NCBI GenBank assembly: GCA_013265495.1 | Contig: MU058337.1 | Location: 5,064,716-5,128,715, forward strand | Direction: 5' to 3' | DNA: 64,000 nt | DNA from: Vicugna vicugna | Taxonomy: Eukaryota | Part shown: in pieces, positions 11,840-23,923 of the stretch | How the letters are laid out: the number at the start of each line of letters is the position of its first letter | Position numbering within the stretch: the first letter of the stretch is position 1 | The notes under the pieces: generated by a model | The model's database searches: none | Seen by the model: the letters and a program-made list of their open reading frames with translations, nothing else | What the model was told of the DNA's origin: nothing | Program-made: the position numbers and the translations under genes

Positions 11840-13840
11840 CCAGATCCCCACAGGTGTTGTGACTCACTCGCCCGAGCACCGTTGAGCGATTTATCCTGGC
11901 CGGACATTCCTGCTCCGGGCCGAGGAGCAGCGGGAGGGAAGCGAAAGCTTGCTCTGCGCTGCCTCGAACTTCCTGGTCGCCAGCGGATAAATCTCATCTC
12001 AACGGGTTGCGCCCCCACAGCCAGAAGACACCTGGATAACCAGCTCAACTCAGACCATGGAATGCCCTACCAGATATGGAATGCCTTTTTACTCTCTTTT
12101 CTGTGACTGTGGCACTTCATGTGAATGACACACTTCACAAGTACACTCGATACCTTGCCTGCTGACAGCTACCCATTATCCTTTTCGAGTCCTGTTTCAG
12201 CGAAATCCATGTGTTTAAGTTCAATTTTTGTAGCACACAGATACTCTGGAGTAATTTCTAGTTAGATGCTGTAAACCTGTGCTGTTCTGGATTTCTCTTC
12301 TCCCCGTTTTTACAGGGCTGCTGGCTCCACTGTCCGTGACCTTTGGCAGGGATTGTGTTCCTCTAAATAGTGACGGTTGCCGTGGGCTTAGTTCGGAGAG
12401 CGATCAGGGCATCAGAAGGCCTTCTAAACCTATAATGACAAATTGCATCTATAAAGATTAGGAGCGTTGACTCCGGCTCACACGATCAATTAAACACACA
12501 TATACGCCCTGCCCACCAGCAGACACTGTGCTGCGGTGGCCGGCGCGGCCGGGGTGAGAAGCGGGGTCAAACGCAGTCATGGGACGCCCTCTCTGATCTG
12601 GGTTTGACATCCCCCTCTAGTTTCTTTGTGTGTGTGTGTGTTTTCTACATATCACAAGCTTACTGGTAATGGTAACATTTGCCTTGCCCAGCGAGCAAGA
12701 CCCACTGGTTTTTGAGAAAGTGGGTCCAAAGAACTCTGTAGGCCTTGTAGGCCTGATTAAGGTTCATTTTTCATCTACGAATCCTCATTATTTGGGAAAA
12801 AAAAAAGAAAAGAAAAATCCGTAATTACAACCTACAAGAATTGCGCTACCTAAATCCACTTCAGATCGAATCCCTCCCGTTTCTAACGAGCCGCGCTGAA
12901 TGCCGCCCCGGTTGTGGCTGCGTTCCTCCCTCACTCAGCAGAGCATGAGCAAGGCCGCTGTTGTGTTCTTTTCTGCAGCAGCAATGCAAACGGTAGTTAT
13001 AAATTAGACTTTAATATTTTTGGTGTTTAACGACAAGTTTTTAAACTCGACATATTAGAAAACAAAAGGTATTTTTTTTAGCCCAGCATGCTGAGTCAGG
13101 TACTTGTCTCCACCGGTCCATGCCTCTAACTCAGCTTCCCGGGCCACGCGGTCCCAAGGCGGAGTCAGAGGTGCCTTGCCATGATCTCAGAATGCAGTCT
13201 GTTGAATTATTCTAGATAAAAATAAAGGCAAACCAACACGTTCACACGGCAGGTTTTCAGTCCATCCAAGGTTTTTGGTTTTGGTTTTGGTTTTTGCCGT
13301 TGTTTTCTTTTGCTTTCTTACCTTCCTTTTGAATTGAATAGCTGAACGCTGAGCTTAGGGAGGACCCCTAATTACTGGAAGGCCAGTCAGGCAATAGTTG
13401 ACCACACAGTGAAGAAACTCTGCAAAATGCGCAATATTGGATACCAAGAGTTTCAAAATGTTTCATACTAAACTGTTTGGAAATATATTTGTTAACTCTG
13501 TGTATACTTAATAAATTTCAATGTTTTCTCCTCAGAAGAGTTAACTGAGACCAAACTGAACCTCAATTTATAGAAAACTATGCGGGATCCATGTACTGGC
13601 CTCTTGTCATTATTTCCACGTGGAAGGGTGACCCAGTCGCCGTTTTCTCCCATCTGCACTGTATCTACTGGGAAATTATTTTGCCTCCGCTTTTCTGAGT
13701 CTCCATGACAGCCCTTGCCCAGCATTTTAAAATTTTGGCCTGCTTAGCTGATTAAAGATTTAGTATCAATTTAACTGTTCATGCTTATTTCATTTTCATA
13801 TCGAATTCTACTTTAATAAATAAAAAGTTAGCGTAACATT
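11840..13840 (+). other. FGF14: FGF14 3'UTR (proximal, ~2 kb form; longer forms likely)
   Basis: Follows the stop codon and is free of recognisable interspersed repeats. AATAAA at 13221, 13510 and tandem 13815/13819. The end coordinate is inferred. Confidence 0.7.
13815..13824 (+). terminator. Tandem overlapping AATAAA poly(A) signal (FGF14 proximal site)
   Basis: AATAAATAAA followed by ...gcgtaacatttgagtagctttgttgtc (CA, then a GU-rich downstream element). Confidence 0.65.
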
Positions 13841-14082
13841 TGAGTAGCTTTGTTGTCAATACTACTAACGTACAAATACAACAAAGGGTTCTTTTGATCA
13901 CTCCTGGTTTCCCCTTACACCTTTTAAACCTGATTGTTCTTAAAAGGATAAGTTAAAATACATTAGAGGCATTGCATTAAGCAATTGTTTAGGGAAGACT
14001 TATATTCCATAACATGTGGCAAACTATGAGTAACTTAACTTGAGATTCCAATTAAATGGAATTACAGACACTGCTTACCCCA

Positions 14083-14131
14083 GCGTGCGTGTGCACGTGC
14101 ACGCGCGCGCGCACACACACACACACACACA
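14083..14131. repeat. Alternating purine-pyrimidine tract (GT/GC/CA)n
   Basis: gcgtgcgtgtgcacgtgcacgcgcgcgcgcacacacacacacacacaca. Confidence 0.9.
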
Positions 14132-17100
14132 ATCAAACAACCCCACCTATATGTTTTTGGTAATAGCCCAACTTGCTGGTTTCTTTTTCCCCTGCAAGCT
14201 TGTTTATTGGTTGAAATTATGACATGATTTATTTTTGTAAGTGACTGAGATTTCAGTAGATGTGTACCTCTGTTTTGTTTTTTACATGAGTTGTCTCTAA
14301 GGGCATTTATCCCTATGAATGGATGTCAAAATGCTTTCTTCTAATATATGTTTAGACGTACTGAAGAGGGGTCCTTGTTATTTGTAATTTAGTTAGATCA
14401 CTTCCTCTGTGTCTGGTCTGACTTGTTGCAGGACAAGGGCAGCACTGATGAACTGCATGTTGTAGGACCTGTTTATCAAGACCCGTTGGTGTGTATCACT
14501 CAATCTACATACAAAGAGTTTGTCTGCGTTGTACAGTTTCTGTGTTTGATATCGTTTGTTGTATTCATAAATACAACATATTGAATAAAATATTTATATG
14601 AAGGCATATTCAGAAACATCGAACAACTTTATGTAACGAAATGGCATTGCATCACCCACAAATACAGAGAAGTGTCATGTAAATAAGTTGGTAAACTCAA
14701 TTTCCCCCTTTACCATGCCAAAGAAAATTTTAGCTCTTTGATGATACCTCTCTTGCTAATTTTTCCGGGATGAGACTCCCCCACTGTCCCTCTCAAAAAT
14801 TGCTGTTGTTAAGTAAGTGCAATCTGTCGCTGTTGATGTTCTGTACAGTCAACCTGATGGAATTCATTTGTATTTACCGACCACCACGTGTTTTGTACTT
14901 CCATGTACATATGTCAGTTGTACTGAGTCTCTCTAATCTCACATTCCTTTTGCATGCGTATCTGCTGTGGGAGGGTTATTTCTAGTGATTTGTTATGGTA
15001 GCTGATTTCTTCACCCGTTCCTCAGCCATGCTCCGGAGCATCATTGTTTTGATATTTCTAGTGACACCATTTTAATTTCTTATAAGTTTGCTTTCTAAAA
15101 TATTTTGCTACAACTTTACTTGGAAAAATTATAGAAAAGATGCAAGTGGTCCAGCCTATATAAAGAGTAAACTGGAACTGACATCATTTCACTGCAGATC
15201 TTGGAGAATTTAGAGATTCTTGCTCTAAATATTCTCTTGATCTGAGTGTTCTGGGGTAGGGGTTGGCTTCAGGAGCTCCAAGATGGGCCCACAAGACTCC
15301 TGGGGCCGTCCTAATTGTTTGCCTCTTGGAAAATAAGAAGAGTTTCTTTGTCACACCTGGCCAGATGCTTAATGAATGCCTAAGGCACTAAAGCAAGTTG
15401 GATGTTTTCAGGATGACAAGTATCAGATTTGGTTCTTTTTTTTAAAAAACAAAATGACAAAAAAATTCATGGTTTTTAAGTTAGACGTGTATCACTTCAT
15501 TTAAAGTTTTCTCTCTAATATTAGAGGGAAAATTAAAATTTGAGAGACCAGATTGACTAAGAAAGCCATTTTAGAAAGAATTGACAATAATTAAAGATGA
15601 TTTTCAATGTTGTTTCAGAAGAAAACTATATCCAGGGAAAGCTGTTGAACTAAATGTAGGTGCATCAAACTCCAGGTGTGAACTGGGCTACTTTGGAGTA
15701 AAATACATTCCATAGCGAAGCTTCCTTAGCTTACACAATGGCACGTAGGGCCTGTTGACTCTCTTGAATACTGAATAGGGTTTCAAAGGTTTGATCGTGA
15801 GTCTACAAATAAACGTTGAGCTATGTTTTGCTTTTGTTTTTTCTTGTTTTGTTTTGTTTTGTTTTTTCTGTCATGTGGTCCAGTTCCCCATGTTGTGTTT
15901 GCATCTGCAGGGCGGAGGCCATTCCTTAAGATGTGCTGTAGGACTCGAGATTAGCTCAGAGTCCAGGGAGACAATGGGATACAGTGATTCTCCTCTTAGG
16001 TCTCGCGATGTTAGTAGCATCTTACTGAAAAGTCCTTATGGAAGAATTCCTCAGTGATGGTTTGCCAAGCATGCAGGGTTAGTGTCAACCCCATCTGCAA
16101 ACTTGCTGCATCCTTCCCAGTTGACACCAATCCCACCGTAACTTCCAACCAACTTGAACAAGCCATACTATCCCTGTGCCTATTATATATTTGCATATTC
16201 CCCCCCATTACAAACTTGTTCTTGCCCTGCCTATTTTTAAACAGAAAGTTTCTATCTTAGTAATGGAATCAAAAGTCCAAGTACAAAATCATATTTAAGA
16301 AGTGCAGGATTTATGTCTACATATAACTATATTTGTTTTCTTTTTCTCCGACTTAAACATGTAAATTTAATCACTTCTTAACAGAGAGCTATTGATGCTT
16401 GCATTGCTAGACAAAATCACACATAAACACACACACACAAGAACCGTTAGAGCAGACAGAACGAGGTGAAAAGAAAATATGACTGTTTTAAAAGAAAACT
16501 ATTCATTAGCGTTTAGGTGTGCCAGGCTATAATTCAGTTTGGGATCAATACTCTGTAGCTAAATAAACCTCAGAATGTAGCTGGCTGTATTTTCAGCTTG
16601 GTCACAAAATCTGGACAAGTCACATTTTGAACTTTATAGTATAGTAATTTCTCCATATTTAGACTTTTTCTGAAAAAAACATAAATGCTGAGGACATTTT
16701 TCTTATGTGAAAATATAAAAAGAGCAGCTCTTTTCTTGGAGTGTTGTGAACGAAAAGGGATAATGAATATAGAGAATAATCAGAAAAATAAGACACACCT
16801 GGGGTTACGTGATGAGCCAGGGAGCGAAGCGCAGTTCCAACAGGTGCAGAGACTGGCCAACTACCGCTCCACTGCAAGCCAAACCCAGCTCACGATCTAT
16901 TTCTTACGGTCCAGAAGCTCAAGATGAGGTTTGTATTTATTTTTTTTCCGGTTAAACATGAACAAACAAGAATTTTCAACAGAAATGTATATGTGACCCA
17001 GGAAGTCTTAAATATTTACTATCTCATCCTTTATAAGGAGCAGAGTTCTGCAACAGGGGAACCCGAATGTCCCCTGTATTTTGATGGCTAGGTAACGTGA

Positions 17101-18207
17101 TGAATTCTTACATCTGCACATCACCAAATAAGTCATCAAAATTGCAACTGAACAACTATAATAGGTTTGCTTGAGGCTTAAAATGTTTGGAGAAGAGGAA
17201 AGACTATAATCTGTGTTATTTATTGACTGCTTATATTTTACAAGAACTGACCGATTTTCATCAACTGACAGACTCAGTAATAGAGCTACAATTAATATGG
17301 TTGCACTCCTTAATCTCAGGATAGAGATGACAATTTTATAAATCTCTTGAATTATGAGAACACTACTAGTACTATACAAATCAGCATCACTTAAATTTTC
17401 TTTTAAATGATTTTCAATATTACATTTTTAAGTAATTCAGCTGATGCATATTTTCCTTATTTTGGCAATTTGACTTATAAAAGTCCAACCCACGATGACT
17501 CTAGAACAGTTACATCATCAAATAAAATTTCCAAGGAAAAATTTTCATCTTAAACAATATGGAAATGATTTTGTTACATTATTCTAAGATTTTACAAAAT
17601 GTAAATCACATTTAGAAAAAAAAAGTGGGGTTTTTATTAGCTCTAAATAATTAAAGGTTGCCTAGATTAATGTGTTTAAGTAGATTTAACTGTAAATATG
17701 TAAGGGAAGTCTGAATTATTGTACATTTTCATAATTCAATGTGAATTTCATACAGAGCAGAATTTCACCATTAAGAAAATAAACATTTTGTTCCTATTCT
17801 TGAGTGAATATTTGTAATTTCTATTTCAGCCATTTCTGGAGATTTTAAATCCTCTGAGCTTTTGAGACTGGGGCCATTTTACCATAGCATCTCTTCTTGA
17901 CTTCTTTGCATGACCCTTCTTTCCCAGTAAATAATGTTTCCTGATAAACAAGAGTTGATTAAGGGAAGTGAATGTATATCTCAGGCTCATCATATAATCT
18001 CACTGTAAGTTGTCTTTTTAAAAGTCACGTTACCATGGAGTAATTTAAACAGTGAAAAATCAGATTTCTTGTACATATAACCCCAGCCCAGTTTTAAAAA
18101 ATATTCTAGCCACAGAAAACCCATACCCCTGAATAACAATTCACTTGGGGGTGAATCATCAGGAGGTAAATATATACTGACACAGAATAAAACAACTTAT
18201 GTCACTA

Positions 18208-18213
18208 TTTATT
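18208..18213 (-). terminator. ITGBL1 poly(A) signal
   Basis: Minus strand reads TGTA...AATAAA tagtgacataagttgttttattctgtgtc: upstream UGUA and a GU/U-rich downstream element. Confidence 0.65.
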
Positions 18214-18537
18214 AAAAATGTTGAATTGTACATTTTTCATACCTTCACCTCAAGAGAGTCTTTCTTTGTGAATTTAAAGTGGGACTAGACAAGTGACTTA
18301 CTGGCTAAAAATGACCAGGTTTTTTTTTCCCCCAAAGCACTGGTGACGTAGTTTCTGCCCCCTCCCCCATTATACCTCACATGTGTTTGTACACCTCAAG
18401 TCTCCATATGGAAACGCTGAGAGATATGGAATCCTGCAAAATATGATGAATGAATCTATGTGAGGCTGTATCTTTTCCTTAGATTCTAATATGGTCTTTT
18501 TTGTATAGGGATGTGTATTTCTAACAACCATCTAATT

Positions 18538-18762
18538 CAGTGTTTCTCAACTCAAGCACTAGTGACACCTGACGTCAGCTATTTCTTTGTTGTGGGGAGC
18601 TGTCCTTTGCACCACAGGAAGTTTGTGGCATCCTGGCCTCTACTCACTACATAGATGTGCATAGCACACCCTCCCACCCTACCCAGTGTGACAATCAAAA
18701 TTGTCTGTAGACATTGCCAAACGTTTTCTGGGTGACAGAGCTGCCCTCGTTGAGAACCACTG
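18538..18762 (-). mobile_element. MER20 hAT-Charlie MITE, full length, inside ITGBL1 3'UTR
   Basis: Terminal inverted repeats cagtgtttctcaac / gttgagaaccactg. The 8-bp flanks atctaatt / atgtaaat (6/8 match) fit a hAT target-site duplication. Confidence 0.9.
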
Positions 18763-18983
18763 ATGTAAATTATGGAAGAAAAATTATTTCTGGCGTTATT
18801 CACATCAGAATCTGCTTAACTCATTTTTAATGGGTACCCTGATTTCATTCAGGCATTCAGAAATAGAAAAACATACAATAGTCTGTCTGAGCTGTCCTAG
18901 TGCTGAATATACATGGTTTCCTTCGCATTTATGTGTTCTAATGGCCTCGAAAATTAAGAATCCAGTTCTCCCCCATGTAATTG

Positions 18984-19075
18984 TTAGGGATATTCTGTGC
19001 CAAGCCAGATTTCACAAGCATTTCCGTTCCATCCGTCCCAGCATTCACAGTTTCCACAGCTACATATTCCATTCC
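18984..19075 (-). CDS. ITGBL1: ITGBL1 terminal coding exon (exon 11), 92 bp to TAA
   Basis: Translates (G)[29 protein letters not shown], the ITGBL1 C-terminus. Acceptor ttattgcag. Confidence 0.97.
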
Positions 19076-20117
19076 CTGCAATAAAGTTCACAGGGGAGTC
19101 ATTATTGTGATCGAAATGCACCAAGTTAAAACATGTTATTATAAACCACAGCTGTTCATAATCTAAACCATCCCATCCATCCATCCTCTGCAGATTTTCT
19201 TATCCTGTAGCCATCTTATCGTTATCTCAGTAAGCAGTTCTGGGAAATCTGATCTTTCACATGGTTAACGGCATCTGCTTGATGCCAGTGTCAATGCAGC
19301 ATCTAATAGTGACCATCCTGTGTCACTCCAGGTAGGCGTCCATGTCATAATTCTGTTTGCCTGGGGAGGGCAAGTTATGTCTGATTTAGGAATAAATGCA
19401 AAAAAAAAAAAATCAAGTTCCTTGACACAGAATGAGGTGAGCTGAAGGGTCAGCTAGAAGGGGAGCCTTGGGTATGAGGGATGGGCAGGAAGTGAATGTT
19501 GAGCTGAATGACCCACACAGACAGGCGTCTTTTACCTTCAGCTAGAAATGAGTAGAACAAACGTAGCTGTCTCTCTTTCCCCTCTTAACCTGTTCAGGCA
19601 GATGTATTTCATAACGGATCACCGGGACTCCGTAACTCGGGACAGCAGTGGCTGTTACACGGCTAAGTCTTTTTCACTGCCCAACACACACGAACCCCAC
19701 TCCCTGCGAACAACCAACACATCCACCGTCTTTGAACTAGTGGCACCTGGATCCTGTTTAAAATCACACAGCACTCCCTAGACCGTGCTCAAAGTAAAAC
19801 GGCTGTCAGGAAAATTACTTTCCCTTTTCAATCTGTAACTGCATATGCTGTAAGTTGAGGGCGGTGGTTACTTTGTGGACGTTTCCTGACAGCCATATAA
19901 TTTGGCTTCTTTCCTTTGCACTCTTCTGTGCCTGGGAATCCCGTGAGCGCGCTTACCCCGGTGCCCCCCTCCCCTTCCTTAGGGACTTCACATGAATAGT
20001 TGGCCCTTGACTACCAGAACGCTCTCCTGCCCGCCATCTCCAGCTGTACGTGGTGGGTGTCATTTGTCTTTGTTGCAAACTGTGACCTAGAGCAATTAGG
20101 GTAGGTCAGTACTGCAC

Positions 20118-20231
20118 CTGTGCAAATGAGGCCGTCATGTTTGTCACAGTCCCTGTCATCACAGTCGCAGAATTCTCCCGAAATATACCATTCTTCGGCG
20201 GAACAGATGCACTTTCCACAGTGACAAGAAC
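20118..20231 (-). CDS. ITGBL1: ITGBL1 penultimate exon (exon 10), 114 bp
   Basis: Translates (G)[37 protein letters not shown](G). Acceptor atttcag, donor G|gtgcag. Confidence 0.97.
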
Positions 20232-21683
20232 CTGAAATCACAGAGGGTAACACTTGCTGTCACTACTTCACTAACGGTTTCCGCCTAGAACAGAATATCG
20301 TCAGGGCAGCGACAACAGGCTTCTAATAACCTAGCTTCCAAAGGTGAAAGGTTACTGAACAGCTGGTTGCTCAGAGGCAAGCCTTACTCACTGTAATTCA
20401 TAAAGGTTATCCAGGAAAGGCTTCATTACGGATCTAGACAGTTGTAATTAGCCCTGAGCAAATGGTCCACAGCCTAGCCGGGTTGAAATGTCAATGAAAG
20501 CAGAATGTGGTGGATTCTTGCAGACGGCCTTCCTCAAAGGTGTTCAAAAATAGATGTTTTCTTTTTCTCTTTTTCTGAATTGAATCATGCTTTAAAAGTG
20601 ATCTTTGTGTTTGTTTTAGGAAATGAATAGCAAGTTCTATTGAGTGGGGCTGCATTTAATAATTAAAATAACAACTAAGTTATTGTGCTTATAATTCTGG
20701 TTTTTTGTTGACATGATTTTCTTAAAATAGAGACATGACTGCATACTGGGAAGCTCTTTAAAGTGTAAAAATGATGTACATTCGATTTGTCAGATCTCAC
20801 GCTCTGGATTTCCTGCCATAATCAAGAATAGCGCTAATCCCCCCAAATGTTCATCTTTTATGAGATTTCAGTCCAACCACGTTTCCATTTCTTTACCCAC
20901 TTCTTTTAAATTAATTACTTAATTAATTTAACTAATTAGAATTTTCCTTTTTGGTTATTAAAGACATTTTGGTTTGCTGAGAAATAATTTTATAATGATA
21001 TATTTAAAAGAAAAGCAACTATATGAATTAAATGGTGTCACAAAGAGAAGAAATTTCTCTCAATCTAAATGTCTTCACCTGTTGGGCTAAAAAAAAAAAT
21101 CCCTCATGTGGCAAAAGTGCATCTACAACAACAGTAAAGACAACTTTAAAACTGAAAGAAAAACACATGCCAAGGACTTTCTCTTCCTTCTATTTCCAAA
21201 TGTGTTTTCCTTTCACTAAAAGATGATTATCACTAAACTGTTCTGATCAAAAATCACCTTCAGAGACTGTGAAGTAGAGAAAAGTATGTTGATCTTTTTA
21301 AACAAAATTCTAGACGTGGTAAGTTCAGCATACATTGGAAGAAGGGCGGGAATCAGTCATCAGTGCCTTTACCTACGAAGCACAGTGACTGAAGAAGAGT
21401 TAATCTGAGTTGGTGGCTCAAGAGACGGATTTCCTCACAACAGGAATCGGGAAGGGAGCCATTTCAACGTAGCTCAAGGCTTTAGCATTTAATATTTCAC
21501 ATCACGGAAACGCTATCCGCAGTTTAGCAGCAACAGTTCCCCCATGGCCGAGTTACACTTTCCACATCCTTTGTCTTCCTCCTTAAGAAGGTAAGAGCGT
21601 GGTCAGAGCTGATTATGGCCTAAGAGCTGTGCTCACATTCATGAAGTCCTTGCTTAGCCCCACAGCATGACTTCATTTAGTCT

Positions 21684-21759
21684 TTTTTTTTTTTGAATTG
21701 AAGTATAGTTGGTTTACAATTTTGTTTTGTTTTGTTTTATGTTAACCAAAAAGATTTCT
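21684..21759 (-). mobile_element. Very short L1 3' insertion with target-site duplication
   Basis: Poly(T) plus gaattgaagtatagttggtttacaat, flanked by atttagtct at 21675-21683 and 21760-21768. Confidence 0.7.
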
Positions 21760-23923
21760 ATTTAGTCTGGACTCACTTTCCTGAGGGTCATGCTTGATTT
21801 GTATGCTCTTGAGCAAAATCTAGACAACGTTCAGGTCTGATGAATGACCTGCTGGTCTGATGGTCACTTCAGAATGGGAGCTGGGCCTTCTGGCTCAGTC
21901 TGTGACAGAGAGTGGCTCCCTCTTGGTCTCATCCAGGCACAGTGTTAACTTATTTTAGAAATGTATTTATCCTAATTTTAAAGACTTTCTTTCAAATGTC
22001 TAGGCATGGAAATGTTCAACATTCAACTTCCATTTAATAAGTGGCTAGCCGTGTATCTGCAAGCAAAGAAAACCTGGGACACTGCATTGACTTTTCCTTG
22101 AAACTCCCTCCGAAAGCACCGTATTTCGTGCTTTGTCTCCATGGGTGATCATTGGAAGAATTTGCTTGTTTTCAGTTGTTTCTGAAATAGTATCTCCTTT
22201 ACATTCCAAAATTATTCCACATGGGAACAGAGGTAAATGACTTGATACATCCATGATATTCATCTGTTATGCCTAGAATATCATTTTGTAAATTTTGTCA
22301 CAATTCATGAAATGATCTCACATTTCATCTTTAAACTTACCCCTGGCCTTGGCACTATTCTAATCACAGCTCTTGCTTCTGGAATGCTTAGCTTCAGACT
22401 AGAGCAAAGTAATTTCCGAAAACTGATAAGCTCAGCTGAAGTTAATACAGTGTACACGGATGGACCATTTGACAAGTCAATTCCACTTCTGAAAATCTAC
22501 TAGTCACTGAAATACTTAGAGGGAAAAATGGGGACTGATTTTTGTATGTGCTATGAAAAAGCAGCTTCTCTCGGTCAGCATCTTCCCCAGCTGTGTTGTG
22601 CTTTCCTGTTTGTCAACTCTCTGCATCTCAGGGGTAGGACAGCCTTCTGCTTGTGAAACTAGGACTAGCTTAGCATGTGACACTAACACAGTGTGATAGT
22701 TATCAGGACCTCTTAGAGCAGAGCCTTTGCTGTACAGTTCTCTCCGGGTGTTTTCATCAATAACTGGGGGTCAAACTGTCCACCTCTGGAAAGGGGAACC
22801 CTTAGCCAAAGGATTCTGTCAACAGACATGGGCCACGTGACTGCCAACAGGTGACCAATTGTGCAGCTCAGCTGGCCAGGCCCACTCACACCCACGAGAC
22901 CCAGTCCAGCCGAAGGGAGCAGCTGGCCCTTCTTGGCAGGACCTTTAGGGCAGTAAGTTCATGACCACACCATCACTAACCTATTTATTTTCTTTCTTAG
23001 TATAAGAACTCTAAAGAGGGCCTCTTGCTGGCTTCCACTCCTGGGCAATCAGCCACATTTTCTCATTTGTCTTCAGAGCATCCTTAGGACTTAAGGAGGG
23101 AAAACAAACAAAATTCTGCCTTCAAAGATAAGACAGTGAAAGTACATCAGTTAACTTAAGATTTCGATCTGCTTTAGTCTACTCTTGTATCTACCTATCT
23201 GTGATGCCCCTTCACAGGGAAAAAAAAAAGTTCAAATAGTTTCAAAAGATGAGCTGTGTGCCCCTACAAACCTGAGTGGACAGTCATATCGGGTGAGGCA
23301 GCTAGCACACTGAGCTGAGGCTGGTTTCACCCTTCCTCTTTCCCAGGGATGGAGAACGGGCCAGGCTGGGTGGAGGGGAGGGATGGTGGTGGGTGTACCA
23401 CAGACTTAATCTGAATGATATGGGACTCAACAAGCGTCACTGTGAGAGTTTTAGGGGACACTGAATGACATGCAGTTATAACTACTCACACAACAGCACC
23501 GCTAAGGATTTGAGAGGGGATGGCCAAGATCTGGGTTGAAGTTATCAAGGTAAGAAGGTTCTCGTGTACACTAGAATCCAAATGAATAAATCCCCAAACA
23601 AACAGCCTATGGATTATATCAGGTATTCCGAAAAGGTAGCTCAGCTTTGGGGGGGTGGGAGCCTGGCTCTGCGTATGTCTCTCTGGTTGCTCAAACACAC
23701 ACCTGAGTGTAAGGGCGAGGCACCCTTGTTAGCTGCCCCGTTAACAGAGTCAGACTTTCTTTTTCATTCATCGAGCCTGACAAAATGCTGCAACCTGACA
23801 TCCCAGCAGGCAGTTTTCACTATTGTACTAACGACTCCATCTGTTACGAAGGTCACAATAATGTATCTTGTTTTAAATTTTTCTATGGAGTGATTTATTG
23901 TCTTGGCTATAAATTTGTAAAGA

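Larger units (their letters stand above)
18190..18983 (-). other. ITGBL1: ITGBL1 3'UTR (proximal, ~0.8 kb form)
   Basis: Runs from the stop codon to the first minus-strand AATAAA that I found (18213-18208). The end coordinate is inferred. Confidence 0.65.

Noticed and set aside
11434..12048. 204-aa antisense ORF over FGF14 exon 5
   Set aside because: No recognisable domain and Arg/Pro/Gly/Ala-rich; explained by local GC richness and the opposite-strand exon.
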